Shown here piece by piece: positions 21,301 to 30,462 of a stretch of DNA of 64,000 nt; position 1 is the stretch's first letter, and each line of letters begins with the position of its first letter. Position numbers and translations under genes: made by a program. Where the stretch lies: positions 1 to 64,000 of the IMG/VR virus record IMGVR_UViG_3300031857_000010, one strand, 5' to 3'. The notes below the pieces were generated by a model. The model had not been told where the DNA came from and ran no database searches. It saw only the letters and a list, made by a program, of their open reading frames with translations.

Positions 21301-21646
21301 GTTTGGAAAGTACAGACCAAGTTAATGCTGATGTATTTGAACTTTTATCATATATCCAAAATGGATAATTTGTCAGACCACTAGTGGCATTTGTACTAGA
21401 ATCGCCTATTCTGAAATCTAATTTTAGATTATCACAATCGCCCCATTTAGATTCTACCATACCGTACAAACAAAATTTATAAGAAGCATTTCTTTCCTGT
21501 TCAAATTTTACAGAAAAATCAAAAACATTATCTGCTTTTTCTACTTTTAAAATACTTTCCTCTCTGGATAATTCAGCATTTACAAAAAGTGAAATGTTTT
21601 TTGCATTTACATAATCTTTACTTGGTAATAATTCTTTTATTTTCAT
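18332..21646 (-). CDS. Large structural protein with Calx-beta-like domains
   Basis: 1104 aa. IYFEQEQITVTEG...IRITDDFYVEP...LYVNDNDVPSQVSFSSQSFEFTE. Confidence 0.55.
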   Translation of the reverse strand: MKIKELLPSKDYVNAKNISLFVNAELSREESILKVEKADNVFDFSVKFEQERNASYKFCLYGMVESKWGDCDNLKLDFRIGDSSTNATSGLTNYPFWIYDKSSNTSALTWSVLSKPLDSRNGDLSKNLYGKKKAHYFFPFELDIKSLTNTNKSIFVSTYNFISNLSAEQEFPFFYYNEDGLPLEYGSETAEILDNGNIIEINNNYPFFYDRHWIRREVEPTGPPFIYFEQEQITVTEGGSNDRLLENKFFDVEISISKPPRGYEKAKLNVVYGVDENMNEYTTVTLPQDVILNFNDIEWNKNDNLTKNIRIRITDDFYVEPVKRLTLQVTPILGLLPDPEKAQMISLYVNDNDVPSQVSFSSQSFEFTEPRQDNNPLIIPIDINLDRKLLVPNQSLEIYIDENETDCLSTFGFQNTQGTGFSNSIVVNLNQIDLLYSVNFYFISARQDDIQRKIVLKFRNLTSNLIAGSFNQGQSINYTLYVNKDIDKRYVELIIPYDAPNGIAVLRSLYNKPVAKNTYVSQGLNDNLTRLQTYYQSNQGYIEKNTLVTGNTDSKLLRSLVLEPYFKINFTNLGSNVVFDNKLYKFSETISVVVTSGFTTGVSTDQFVYDGKQFKLKLPANDEFFGGTIPAFLGLNQNSIWGFFKCKYSITFENNSYNYLPNIDPNSDNFKTSNLLSKTVLLGEEFNNALKINTDTNITLNSGNDNSKETYYFFTRIKNCFSQIQYDAQGFIESYTGTSLDKTTNVLYYPSAVIIPNGYLFSSLSNVDTTYNQIFITKGINILQNNFIPVAPLNSTQNNFPISDILLFEPFSDYQINLKLYFGQLLIQAGYGTLTTFPNGFTSPSVQDDSFVLATTQYGGSFTQKNLFLYDWSQANVNTKNQAVIEIINNGIVSSNILGFNVKPNEKIWISERPLSIRVNGVYNVVRSLKNLSFDVPTNDKFVYQINTNSGIRTVNKLTQGNYIISFLNFVLYNYNGTPSNKVINKSITFKKSPSILISSALGSSSQLTYQETDFFLRTRFSANAWQGSDPVWGWAWCNSFLGNLKKVSTSLIYRSIKINGFLATASNNCPIEDVYFSNDISINGDYCNKNGFTWIKSTNQTSD

Positions 21647-24600
21647 TAATAATTAAATGCTTGTATATAACTTTTTGATTGTGGGGACCCTCCTCCAAAT
21701 ACACCTTCAAGATAGTATCTCATGTTATTGTAACCTTTAGGATATTCATTTGGCTGCAAAGGTTTAGGTTGAAATACTGATAAAGAAGCTCCGTTATTTA
21801 TTTGATTCAGCCAATCTGAAAAAAACCATGACCCTTGGAATGGAACATTATTTCTGATATCAAATGATCTTGCGTCTTCTAGTTCTTCTCCTACATATGG
21901 TAAAAATCCTTTAGCGTCAAAATAACTTCTACTTACTTTATATGGATTTGTAATTTCTCCATACGCCAAACCATTTATAAAAACACCATAGTAATTTTCT
22001 CTTCTAAAAGTTGAATCATAAGGTTGGCCTCCATTTGTAGCATAGTCGGATGATGCGTTGCATTTACTAGGGCCTAATCCAACTTCTCTAGGAACTAAAC
22101 TAGTCAAATAATAATTTTTTTCTTCACCCTCTGCACCTACAGCATATCTATAAACTGGTTGAACTATACCTGCAATTGATTTTATTCCTCTTGGAGTATA
22201 CGTTTGTCCTAAATAAAACAAGTATGATGCACCTTCATAAGAATTTGTATTAGGATTATATTTATCATTAGCTGGTAAAACAATTTCAAAATACGAATAT
22301 GTTTGAAAATCCATTCCTTTGTCCCAACCTCCGGGAACCACTTCTTGGCCATTGATATTAACTTTTGTTGTTCCTATATTAACAATTCTTAACTGACCTT
22401 GTCTATAATTTTCTATTCTAGTGAATTTGATTTCACATCTTTTTCTAAAAGAATAGGATGGACTTGTAGTTAGTTCTCCTTTTTGTAACCAGACAAAACC
22501 TTCAGATTTTGGACCGGGACAAGTTTTACAAGTATCTGAACTTTTTTTAGACTGATCAACAATTAATTCTTGTAAATTAAATCTTGCGAACTTAGCTGTG
22601 AAAGGAGGTTTTTTTGGATTTAAATAATACGGTTTTTCAATTCTATAGATATTTAATCTTCCAAATTTGGAAAAGAAATTTGCTCGACTTCCCATTTGAA
22701 GTGTAACTTCATCAATGTAATTGTAAATTGAAAAGTAATATGAGTTATATTCATTTGGACTTTGATAAACTGAATTTTTATCATGATTTGCAAAAATATT
22801 ATAGTCATTCTCTAATAAATGATCTCCCCAAGATTCATTTTTAATTCTTGGCCACCCTCTAGGTTTTAGCCAATATGCATATCCAGCTTCTAATCTTTGA
22901 TATCTTTCTCCAGCAATATCTGGTTTACCAGCCCAATCATAAGCTTCTGGATATTTATCTAAATCATAAGGTGTGAGTCCAGCATTATACCCATTAGACC
23001 ACTCTTCAGTCCAGTGATCAACTGCTTCATATCTCCAAATTTCATTTTTTGTTACTTCTCTTGAAAAATTATTTCCTGCATAAACTTGATTGAATGATTG
23101 TAAACCATAACCATTAGCATTTGTAGCCCAAGCATCTGGACCTCCTGCCATATCACCGTCTATAAATCTTGGTTGTAGAAAAAACTGTCCTTCAGATAAG
23201 TTGTATGTATTGGTTATTCCATTTCTATTTGTTATAGTAGGATTTAAATTTGGTGATCCATCAGGATTCCATGATTTTAATGGGTTTGTAATTATTGGTT
23301 TTCTTGCAACTCTGTATGTATCAGGATAATTTAATGACCATGGTTTTTCATAAGGATATTTTCCAATTCCGGAACCGGGAGGAGGAGAATCAGACTCATT
23401 TTCCCAACCACTAAATCTATTTAAATCAAAATGATTTACCTTAAAATATTTTACATTACCGTTTAAATCTGTTGGCCAATTTTCTGCAAAACCAGTAGTT
23501 TGAGATGAAACATTAGGGTCGGGAAAAGAAGTTTTTATTTGATATGCTCCTAGCCATAAACCTTTGTTTCCATTGGTGTCAATACCGTTTGGATCATAAA
23601 GGTTGGCAGGTAATTTAAATGCATTAAAATTAGTAGTATTAAATTCAACTTTATTATTTTTAATCTTGAATTCATCATTCCACGAAGTTTTTAAATCCAA
23701 GTTTCTATCATAAATGTCAATTATTTTTACTAATTCTACTTTTGGTAAAACATCTACGACAAAAGGTTTAGTCATGTCTCTTATAAAAACAGTAAAAGGA
23801 TTATTGACTCCAATTGCAGCCAATTCTTCAAGAACTTTTGGAGTAGATTCGACTGACTGATTAGTTATATTTTGTGGATTACCAGCTTGTGCTGAAATGG
23901 GATAAGTAAAAAAAGTTATCCATTTTCTTAAATCCAACACAATTGAAAGTTCTATTTCTGTATATCCTGTTTGAAATTCACCCCAAGACGGGACTATGTT
24001 TACTGGAAATTGATTAAAATATAAATGAGGTATTGTTGAAATATTTGGCTCATCATTTAAAGGGTATGGAAAAAAATTTAATGCAACTTCTTCTGGTTCT
24101 AACCCTTGTTTTAATAAATCTACTTCCAACATTAAAGTTTGTTGTCCAGTTGGAATGTTGTGAAGAACAAATTCTCCAAATTCGTTGGTTAAAGATGTAT
24201 ATTTATATTTTGGTGGTATGGTATCATTTCCTAAATCTTTTGGAGAATATGTGACATCAGTAAGATATGATTGAAAACTTCCATAGCTTGTTAAATTATT
24301 AGGCCCATTTACAGATGTTAAATTCTCAAATAAATTCAATTCAATTCTATTCCCATTTTCATCTACAGATCCTATTGAAGGTATTTCTTCACTCGGATTA
24401 AAAATTCCGACGACTGCATTTTTTATTGGAACTCTTAACTTATTTCCAACATCATCTAATAAAACTTGAATAGCTTCTATTTTTCCAAAAAGCACACCTC
24501 TATCATTAGTAAATTTTGGAGATTCATTTATTGGTACATTGTATACATTTAATGTATTTAAAACTTCTACCCCTCTATTAATTTTTATATTTAAAAAATA

Positions 24601-24999
24601 ATCATTAAACAAAACCTCTTCAAAAAAAACATATGAAAATAAATTGCTTAAAGGGATTTGATTTTGATTTGCTTGATATTTAATTCTATCTATGTAATCT
24701 TCCGAAATATAAGCTCTTTCGTTGGAATCTATTTTTTTAGATACTTCGTTTTGTATTACACTTCCAGTATAAATATTATAACCAGCACTTATAGCTGAAA
24801 GTGGAATGTTGTAATTATCATAATCTAATCCAAATTCTGTTTCTAAAATTGATTGACTTAGTTTTAAAGGATTGTTATTTACATCAGTTATAAGATAATA
24901 AATAGAATTGTCATCAGAGGTTTGACCACTGAATGTAGTGAAGTAATTAATTAATGTTTTTACTGCTTCTCCTTGTATAAGAATTTCTTCTTGTTGCAT
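21646..24999 (-). CDS. Large structural protein with a carboxypeptidase-regulatory/prealbumin-like beta domain
   Basis: 1117 aa. GVLFGKI...IKNAVVGIF...TNEFGEFVLHNIPTGQQTLMLEVDL. Confidence 0.5.
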   Translation of the reverse strand: MQQEEILIQGEAVKTLINYFTTFSGQTSDDNSIYYLITDVNNNPLKLSQSILETEFGLDYDNYNIPLSAISAGYNIYTGSVIQNEVSKKIDSNERAYISEDYIDRIKYQANQNQIPLSNLFSYVFFEEVLFNDYFLNIKINRGVEVLNTLNVYNVPINESPKFTNDRGVLFGKIEAIQVLLDDVGNKLRVPIKNAVVGIFNPSEEIPSIGSVDENGNRIELNLFENLTSVNGPNNLTSYGSFQSYLTDVTYSPKDLGNDTIPPKYKYTSLTNEFGEFVLHNIPTGQQTLMLEVDLLKQGLEPEEVALNFFPYPLNDEPNISTIPHLYFNQFPVNIVPSWGEFQTGYTEIELSIVLDLRKWITFFTYPISAQAGNPQNITNQSVESTPKVLEELAAIGVNNPFTVFIRDMTKPFVVDVLPKVELVKIIDIYDRNLDLKTSWNDEFKIKNNKVEFNTTNFNAFKLPANLYDPNGIDTNGNKGLWLGAYQIKTSFPDPNVSSQTTGFAENWPTDLNGNVKYFKVNHFDLNRFSGWENESDSPPPGSGIGKYPYEKPWSLNYPDTYRVARKPIITNPLKSWNPDGSPNLNPTITNRNGITNTYNLSEGQFFLQPRFIDGDMAGGPDAWATNANGYGLQSFNQVYAGNNFSREVTKNEIWRYEAVDHWTEEWSNGYNAGLTPYDLDKYPEAYDWAGKPDIAGERYQRLEAGYAYWLKPRGWPRIKNESWGDHLLENDYNIFANHDKNSVYQSPNEYNSYYFSIYNYIDEVTLQMGSRANFFSKFGRLNIYRIEKPYYLNPKKPPFTAKFARFNLQELIVDQSKKSSDTCKTCPGPKSEGFVWLQKGELTTSPSYSFRKRCEIKFTRIENYRQGQLRIVNIGTTKVNINGQEVVPGGWDKGMDFQTYSYFEIVLPANDKYNPNTNSYEGASYLFYLGQTYTPRGIKSIAGIVQPVYRYAVGAEGEEKNYYLTSLVPREVGLGPSKCNASSDYATNGGQPYDSTFRRENYYGVFINGLAYGEITNPYKVSRSYFDAKGFLPYVGEELEDARSFDIRNNVPFQGSWFFSDWLNQINNGASLSVFQPKPLQPNEYPKGYNNMRYYLEGVFGGGSPQSKSYIQAFNY

Positions 25000-25048
25000 A
25001 TTCTATTTTTATAACTAAAATAATTTATAAACACAAAAAAATAATTAA

Positions 25049-26485
25049 TTAATAATCTTGTGGATATAACTTATCGACTATTTTGAAATTCAATTTTTCA
25101 GCAATTATTCTTCTAGTTCCTAGTTCGTTAATTCTGAATGTAATTTGATAGTTTTGATTTGACAATAGCCAAGAAGTGTCTAAGTCTAAGAAAGATTTAG
25201 CACACCCATCAATAATTGCAGAATTACATGGTGTCCAAGGAATTATCTCTATGACATTATTCATAGAAAGTCTGTATTCGAGTCCAAAATTTGTTTTTGG
25301 ACTTTTTAAAGTATAATTCACTCTCGTATCAGCATAAATTCTAATGAGTTCATCTGTTTGTAGGGTGTCATTATTATTTAACCCATATGTTGTGACCACA
25401 TAATCATTTATACTTTTAGAATTATTTGTGTAATAATTCTGATTTATATCAAAAAATTGAATAAAATCTGTTTGATCATATCCGGGTTGAAATGTTACCC
25501 CTTGCCAAACATCTTTATATCTTTGACCGGGTGTTGCACCACTCATCCAAACATCAACATAATATACGCCTTTAGAAAGTTGTTGAGGTACCAAACCTGT
25601 AAACACATTAGCATTACTCATCGTTTTTATACTCACTGTACTAGATGAATAGAAATTTGTTGCCTGATTTCCTGAAAACGTATAAAGAAATAATCTGCAA
25701 GGTCTATTATTTGTTACTATATTTCTGTCATCATTTATTGTTTGATTGTATGTAACCTCCAAATAAGGTTTAAATGATGAATTTGTTTTTTGAGTAAAAA
25801 ATGAAGCAATATTTCGTGTATCTCCACTTTCTAATTCATAGGGTCTGGAATAACTGACTGCTAATCCATAATTTATAGAACCACCAGACAACCAATCATT
25901 AACAATATTTGTAACATCCATACTTATATCTTCGCTACCCAGCTGAAAATGCTGAGTGGAATAATAAGTTGTGGATGCTGTTGGATTGTTATATATTCCG
26001 GGTTCATTCCAAGAATCATTAGATTTTGCATAAATCCAATTTGAATTACCGGTAAGTCTCAGATTGCCTGCAGACTTTATCAAATAATTTGTATCAAATA
26101 AATCATAACCTCTTCCTTCATCCCAATCTTTGTCTATTGGGAAAGAAATTAGATCAAAAGAAGCGGAAATAGCTTTATTTAAAGTCGCATTTTGATATTC
26201 TGGTATGAGAATTTTATCTGAAGGGACTGAATTTTTTAATACAATTCTAAAGGATTGTACGGTTCCAGAATTTATAATTAAATCACTAAATTTTGTTACT
26301 AAATTAGAAAGGTCAAAATACAACAATAATCTGCTTATATTATTTTCTCTATATACTCCATTTTCGGTGAATCCTCCACCATAAAATATATCAGAAACAG
26401 GATTTTGTGAAGAATTTATGTATTCAAAGGCAGAACCGCTTGCAATTGTATTGCTTTTGCTTGGATAAATGCGATAAACAGACAT
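25049..26485 (-). CDS. Structural protein with a DNRLRE-like domain
   Basis: SRLLLYFDLSNL, W..G.G, W..PG, DVTNIVNDWLSG...NYGLAV, KPYLEVTY pattern. Confidence 0.5.
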   Translation of the reverse strand: MSVYRIYPSKSNTIASGSAFEYINSSQNPVSDIFYGGGFTENGVYRENNISRLLLYFDLSNLVTKFSDLIINSGTVQSFRIVLKNSVPSDKILIPEYQNATLNKAISASFDLISFPIDKDWDEGRGYDLFDTNYLIKSAGNLRLTGNSNWIYAKSNDSWNEPGIYNNPTASTTYYSTQHFQLGSEDISMDVTNIVNDWLSGGSINYGLAVSYSRPYELESGDTRNIASFFTQKTNSSFKPYLEVTYNQTINDDRNIVTNNRPCRLFLYTFSGNQATNFYSSSTVSIKTMSNANVFTGLVPQQLSKGVYYVDVWMSGATPGQRYKDVWQGVTFQPGYDQTDFIQFFDINQNYYTNNSKSINDYVVTTYGLNNNDTLQTDELIRIYADTRVNYTLKSPKTNFGLEYRLSMNNVIEIIPWTPCNSAIIDGCAKSFLDLDTSWLLSNQNYQITFRINELGTRRIIAEKLNFKIVDKLYPQDY

Positions 26486-26501
26486 TTTTTTATATTTTTT
26501 T

Positions 26502-26509
26502 TATAAATA
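26502..26509 (-). promoter_or_regulatory. Candidate late promoter TATTTATA
   Basis: 16 nt upstream of the ATG at 26485. Confidence 0.55.
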
Positions 26510-26555
26510 GAACAATAAAAAAATCAATAATTTTTTAATGATATATTTATTATCA

Positions 26556-26945
26556 ATGGCTAATACAATAAATATCCGATTTCCGTTCAGAGAAACTTAT
26601 GATGGTGGTGTTTTTGATAGTACAATTACATCTGAAGCAGCTTATCAATCAGATTTAATATCTCTTTTGACAACAAAAAGAGGTCAAAGAGTTATGAGAT
26701 CTAAATTATATTCTCCAATATATGATTATTTAATGGAGCCTTTAGATACCATTACTGAACAAGAACTAAGGAGAGATATAGATTCAAAGGTTAGAGAGTA
26801 CATACCACAAATTGAGATAAAAAAAATTAGATTTAATCCAGATTATGATAATAATGCTCTCGGAATTAAAATTATTTACATTATAAAAGAATATTTTAGT
26901 ATTGAGAAAACTTTAGATTTATCTTTCCCAACTGAAATACAATAA
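26556..26945 (+). CDS. Baseplate wedge subunit, T4 gp25/GPW-like
   Basis: DLISLLTTKRGQRVMRSKLYSPIYDYLMEP...REYIPQIEI. Start placed at the second Met (MANTINIRFPF); the ORF track start is 26538. Confidence 0.85.
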   Translation: MANTINIRFPFRETYDGGVFDSTITSEAAYQSDLISLLTTKRGQRVMRSKLYSPIYDYLMEPLDTITEQELRRDIDSKVREYIPQIEIKKIRFNPDYDNNALGIKIIYIIKEYFSIEKTLDLSFPTEIQ

Positions 26946-26950
26946 TAAAA

Positions 26951-28807
26951 ATGGCTAATTTAAAACCAAAAATAAATTATTTAAATAAAGATTTCGATAG
27001 TATACGAAAAGAAATTGTAGACATTTTAAAAGTATATTATCCTGATCAATTTCAAGATTTCAATGTAACTAGCATTGGAATGTCACTGGTTGATTTATTA
27101 GCTTATGTAGGTGATATTTTATCCTATAACACAGATAAAAGGTTTAATGAACTTTTTATTGATGGAGTTTCTGAAAGGGAAGCTGTTTTCAGATTAGCAA
27201 AAACATTTGGTTATAGACCTGTAGGAAATAGACCAGCAGTTAGTATAGTTGATATTACTGTAGGGGTTCCGACTACTGCAAATGGCCCCAATACAGCTTA
27301 TTTACCAATTTTCAGACCCGGAGTTCAAGCAAAAGGTAATGGACAAGTTTTTGAAACATTTAATGAAATAGATTTTGGTAGTGATTTTTCTGCTACAGGT
27401 GTACCTAATAGAATTGTTAGTCCTGTATTTAATTCTAATCAAGATATTATTAGATACGACATAACTAAAAGGGAAGTTGTTAAGGCTGGTACTACATTAG
27501 TTTATAAAAAAGAAATTAGTACAGATGAGGCAGCAACATCATTTTATGAAATTTTATTACCTGAGACTAATGTTTTAGAAGTAGTTTCAGTGATTAACAA
27601 ACCGGGTACAGGTTATGTAACAGTTCCAACATATCAAGAATTTAATGATTATAATTTGAAATATTACGAAGTTGATTATTTAGCACAGTCACAGGTGTTT
27701 GTTGAAGATACGGCTGTATTGCCAACAAATGGTGTTTATGCTGGAAAATGGCTAGATGTTCCTCAGAGATTTATCAAAGAATATATGTCTAATGGAAGAC
27801 ATAAAATTACTTTTGGTGGAGGAACAAATAATAATAATGCTTATGAAAATTATTTGACTAACTTTAATATATATGATACTGGCTTAATAAATATTTCAGA
27901 TGTTTTAAATAATGATTCTTTAGGAACTAGATTACTCGCAAATTCTACTTTATTTGTACAGTATAGAATTGGAGGGGGCAGTTTATCAAATGTCGGTGCT
28001 GGTGCTCTGACAAATATTGCTAATATTTCAGCCGTTTTTGGAGGTAATGACCAAGGAACAATTCAAAATATTTTAGCAACAACTACAATTAATAATCCTT
28101 TGCCGGGATATGGTGGAGCTGAACCACAAAGTGTTGATGAAATTAAATTTTATATAAGTTCAAATTATGCAGCTCAAGATAGATGTGTAACATTGTCAGA
28201 TTATATTTCAAGAGTTAATCAAATACCGGGTAAATTTGGAGCACCATTTAGAACATGGGGTAAAGTTGAGGATAATAAAGTAAAATTGTATATAATAACA
28301 AAGAATGCAGATGGTAAGCTTGCAAACACATCTAATACTTATGTCAAAAACAATATTCTAAATTATCTGAAAAATTATAGAATGGTAAATGATTTTGTTG
28401 AAATAAATGATGGACAAATTGTTAATTTACAAATAGAAGCAGATTTATATATTGATAAACAATTTAATTCAAATGAAATTAAATTGGCTGCAATTACCGC
28501 TATAAAAGAATTTATGGATGTTAATAAATGGACATTCAATCAAAATATTTACATATCTCAAATTACCGATACTTTGAGAGAAATACCCGGAGTTATTAAC
28601 GTTGTTGATATTAGAGCTTATAATATGGAAGGTGGAAACTATTCAAGTTCTTTAATAACACAGGCAATTGGACCTAGACTATCTGTTATAGGAACAAGTG
28701 TATATAAAACTGAAATAGAATTTGTAGACAATACTATTTTCGGAAATTCAACTTCAATGTTTGAAATTAAATTCCCTGATGGAGATATAAAAGTACGTGT
28801 TGCTTAA
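26951..28807 (+). CDS. Baseplate wedge protein, T4 gp6/baseplate-J-like
   Basis: YLNKDFDSIR, SIGMSLVDLLAYVGD, YRIGGG, GGAEPQSVDEIK, AQDRCVTLSDY. Adjacent to the gp25-like gene. Confidence 0.85.
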   Translation: MANLKPKINYLNKDFDSIRKEIVDILKVYYPDQFQDFNVTSIGMSLVDLLAYVGDILSYNTDKRFNELFIDGVSEREAVFRLAKTFGYRPVGNRPAVSIVDITVGVPTTANGPNTAYLPIFRPGVQAKGNGQVFETFNEIDFGSDFSATGVPNRIVSPVFNSNQDIIRYDITKREVVKAGTTLVYKKEISTDEAATSFYEILLPETNVLEVVSVINKPGTGYVTVPTYQEFNDYNLKYYEVDYLAQSQVFVEDTAVLPTNGVYAGKWLDVPQRFIKEYMSNGRHKITFGGGTNNNNAYENYLTNFNIYDTGLINISDVLNNDSLGTRLLANSTLFVQYRIGGGSLSNVGAGALTNIANISAVFGGNDQGTIQNILATTTINNPLPGYGGAEPQSVDEIKFYISSNYAAQDRCVTLSDYISRVNQIPGKFGAPFRTWGKVEDNKVKLYIITKNADGKLANTSNTYVKNNILNYLKNYRMVNDFVEINDGQIVNLQIEADLYIDKQFNSNEIKLAAITAIKEFMDVNKWTFNQNIYISQITDTLREIPGVINVVDIRAYNMEGGNYSSSLITQAIGPRLSVIGTSVYKTEIEFVDNTIFGNSTSMFEIKFPDGDIKVRVA

Positions 28808-29835
28808 TTTAATCTGATGTTATTAGAAAGAATTTTAGCTGATAATGCAATTTTGTTTCTATATTTCTCTAGATTAAAAGCGAAATTATTTGGTAGTGCA
28901 GGACTTTGTGGTGGGTGAATATGAGAAAACATATAATTTATCATATTAATAATAACATCTACCAACTCATCGCCCAATACAGCTGGATGTAAAGTTTTAG
29001 CTTCTTCTCCAAAATCATTTAATCTTGGATTGTATTTAGCTTCATTATTTGCTTCTGTTATTTTTCTAAATTTTCCTTCTGGTGAAATTAAATTTATATT
29101 AGTAGCTTTAATGTTTTGTTGAGAAAACGGTTCAAATGTAGAATTTAATTGACTATCTGCTAATCGAACCCCTGAAGTAGAAATAGGTTTATCAACTATT
29201 TTTAATTCTATTTGACAAGGGAAATCCGTATTTTCTTTGAAGTCTAATAAATTTTGAAATATACCAGTTCTCAATTTAACATAATTGTTACCTAAGACCA
29301 AATCTGAATTTTGTCTACCTTGAAAAGCTACCTCATCTTGATTTGCAAATAATGTTCTTGCATCATTATCATTTCTTGTTGATGGACCGCCTCCAACTTG
29401 ATTTCCTCTGAGCGAAGCTTTATTATATACAGCTTGTGCAGATTCGAAATTTTGACTCTCTAATTTTGTTTGTTGTGTTATAAGTGGACCAATATAATAT
29501 CTGGCTGATGTAGGATCTGAAGGATTTTCCAAAAGAATTAAAACACATTCTCCAACCTTTGGTCTTACGTGTAGATATTCTGGCAGAAGAGGTACGCATA
29601 AAGGCATTTGTTGCAAAGACGAGTCTTTATCCTTGCCAGAAAATATCTTACCTTCGTTATTTATATTTACTATTTCAGCTTTAATTCTGTTGTATCCTGC
29701 ATTGTCAATAACTTCTCTAACAATAGCAGGATAAATTAATCTTTGACTTGGATTGGCTGCTTGTCTAAACAATGCCTGTCCATTAGTAGTCAAAATACTT
29801 TGAGATTCACTTGTAAAAATATTTTTTGTACCCAT
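28804..29835 (-). CDS. Baseplate hub/central spike protein (gp5/VgrG-like)
   Basis: N-terminal OB-fold-like RIKAEI...PLLPEYLHVRPKVGECVLI and a C-terminal HxH motif (SHIHPP). Confidence 0.65.
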   Translation of the reverse strand: MGTKNIFTSESQSILTTNGQALFRQAANPSQRLIYPAIVREVIDNAGYNRIKAEIVNINNEGKIFSGKDKDSSLQQMPLCVPLLPEYLHVRPKVGECVLILLENPSDPTSARYYIGPLITQQTKLESQNFESAQAVYNKASLRGNQVGGGPSTRNDNDARTLFANQDEVAFQGRQNSDLVLGNNYVKLRTGIFQNLLDFKENTDFPCQIELKIVDKPISTSGVRLADSQLNSTFEPFSQQNIKATNINLISPEGKFRKITEANNEAKYNPRLNDFGEEAKTLHPAVLGDELVDVIINMINYMFSHIHPPQSPALPNNFAFNLEKYRNKIALSAKILSNNIRLN

Positions 29836-29839
29836 TAAA

Positions 29840-30004
29840 TTAATTTTTTTTAATTTGATCTACTATTTCATAATATTTTATCTCTAGTGAATCTATTATT
29901 GAAAGAAGTTTTTCAACTTCTTCTTTGTATTTTTCTATATCTTCCGCAATTATTTGTAAATCCTTTAATAATTCATTCTTAGATTTTTCTTGAACATTCT
30001 CCAT
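29840..30004 (-). CDS. Small coiled-coil protein, 54 aa (not in the ORF track)
   Basis: Translated by hand: MENVQEKSKNELLKDLQIIAEDIEKYKEEVEKLLSIIDSLEIKYYEIVDQIKKN*. Fills the operon gap. Confidence 0.65.
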   Translation of the reverse strand: MENVQEKSKNELLKDLQIIAEDIEKYKEEVEKLLSIIDSLEIKYYEIVDQIKKN

Positions 30005-30026
30005 TTTTATAGTTTAAAATGTAAAT

Positions 30027-30443
30027 TTATACTCCAACCCCAGTACCTATCCAAGGTGTCAAGTTTGATCCCTGAGTAACTATTGGCCCACCTGCATTAG
30101 CACCAAAAGAAGTGACTTGTTGACCAAAATCAACCATCAAATCTACTCTCATATCGTCTTGTATTGCACCAACTATTTCTTCACATAAAATATTAGTATA
30201 AATTTCAAGTGAATTTGGAGCTCCATCTTGAAGGGGTCCGTTTGGTATTCCTGCTTCTGGAAATCTGGATGTTACTGTTGAAGCTACAACTGTAGGATCC
30301 ATTCCCGGTCTTAATTTTGCTAAGAATAAACTAGATATACTTAGTTTAGGTATTTTTAATCTTGAGTTTGTTATTAAGCCTAAAATTAAATCAGATAATT
30401 CATCTGACACTTGTAGTTTTTCATCAATTGGTATAATTCCCAT
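30027..30443 (-). CDS. Hypothetical protein, probably baseplate-associated
   Basis: 138 aa, next to the spike gene. Confidence 0.5.
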   Translation of the reverse strand: MGIIPIDEKLQVSDELSDLILGLITNSRLKIPKLSISSLFLAKLRPGMDPTVVASTVTSRFPEAGIPNGPLQDGAPNSLEIYTNILCEEIVGAIQDDMRVDLMVDFGQQVTSFGANAGGPIVTQGSNLTPWIGTGVGV

Positions 30444-30462
30444 TTTATTTTATTTTAAATAA

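Noticed and set aside
26538-29835. Bacterial eCIS/T6SS locus, or eukaryotic giant virus origin
   Set aside because: Baseplate genes occur with phoH, a phage-type sigma, a prohead-protease-like gene and many orphan genes, with no housekeeping, T6SS membrane or NCLDV core genes. A jumbo tailed phage fits best.
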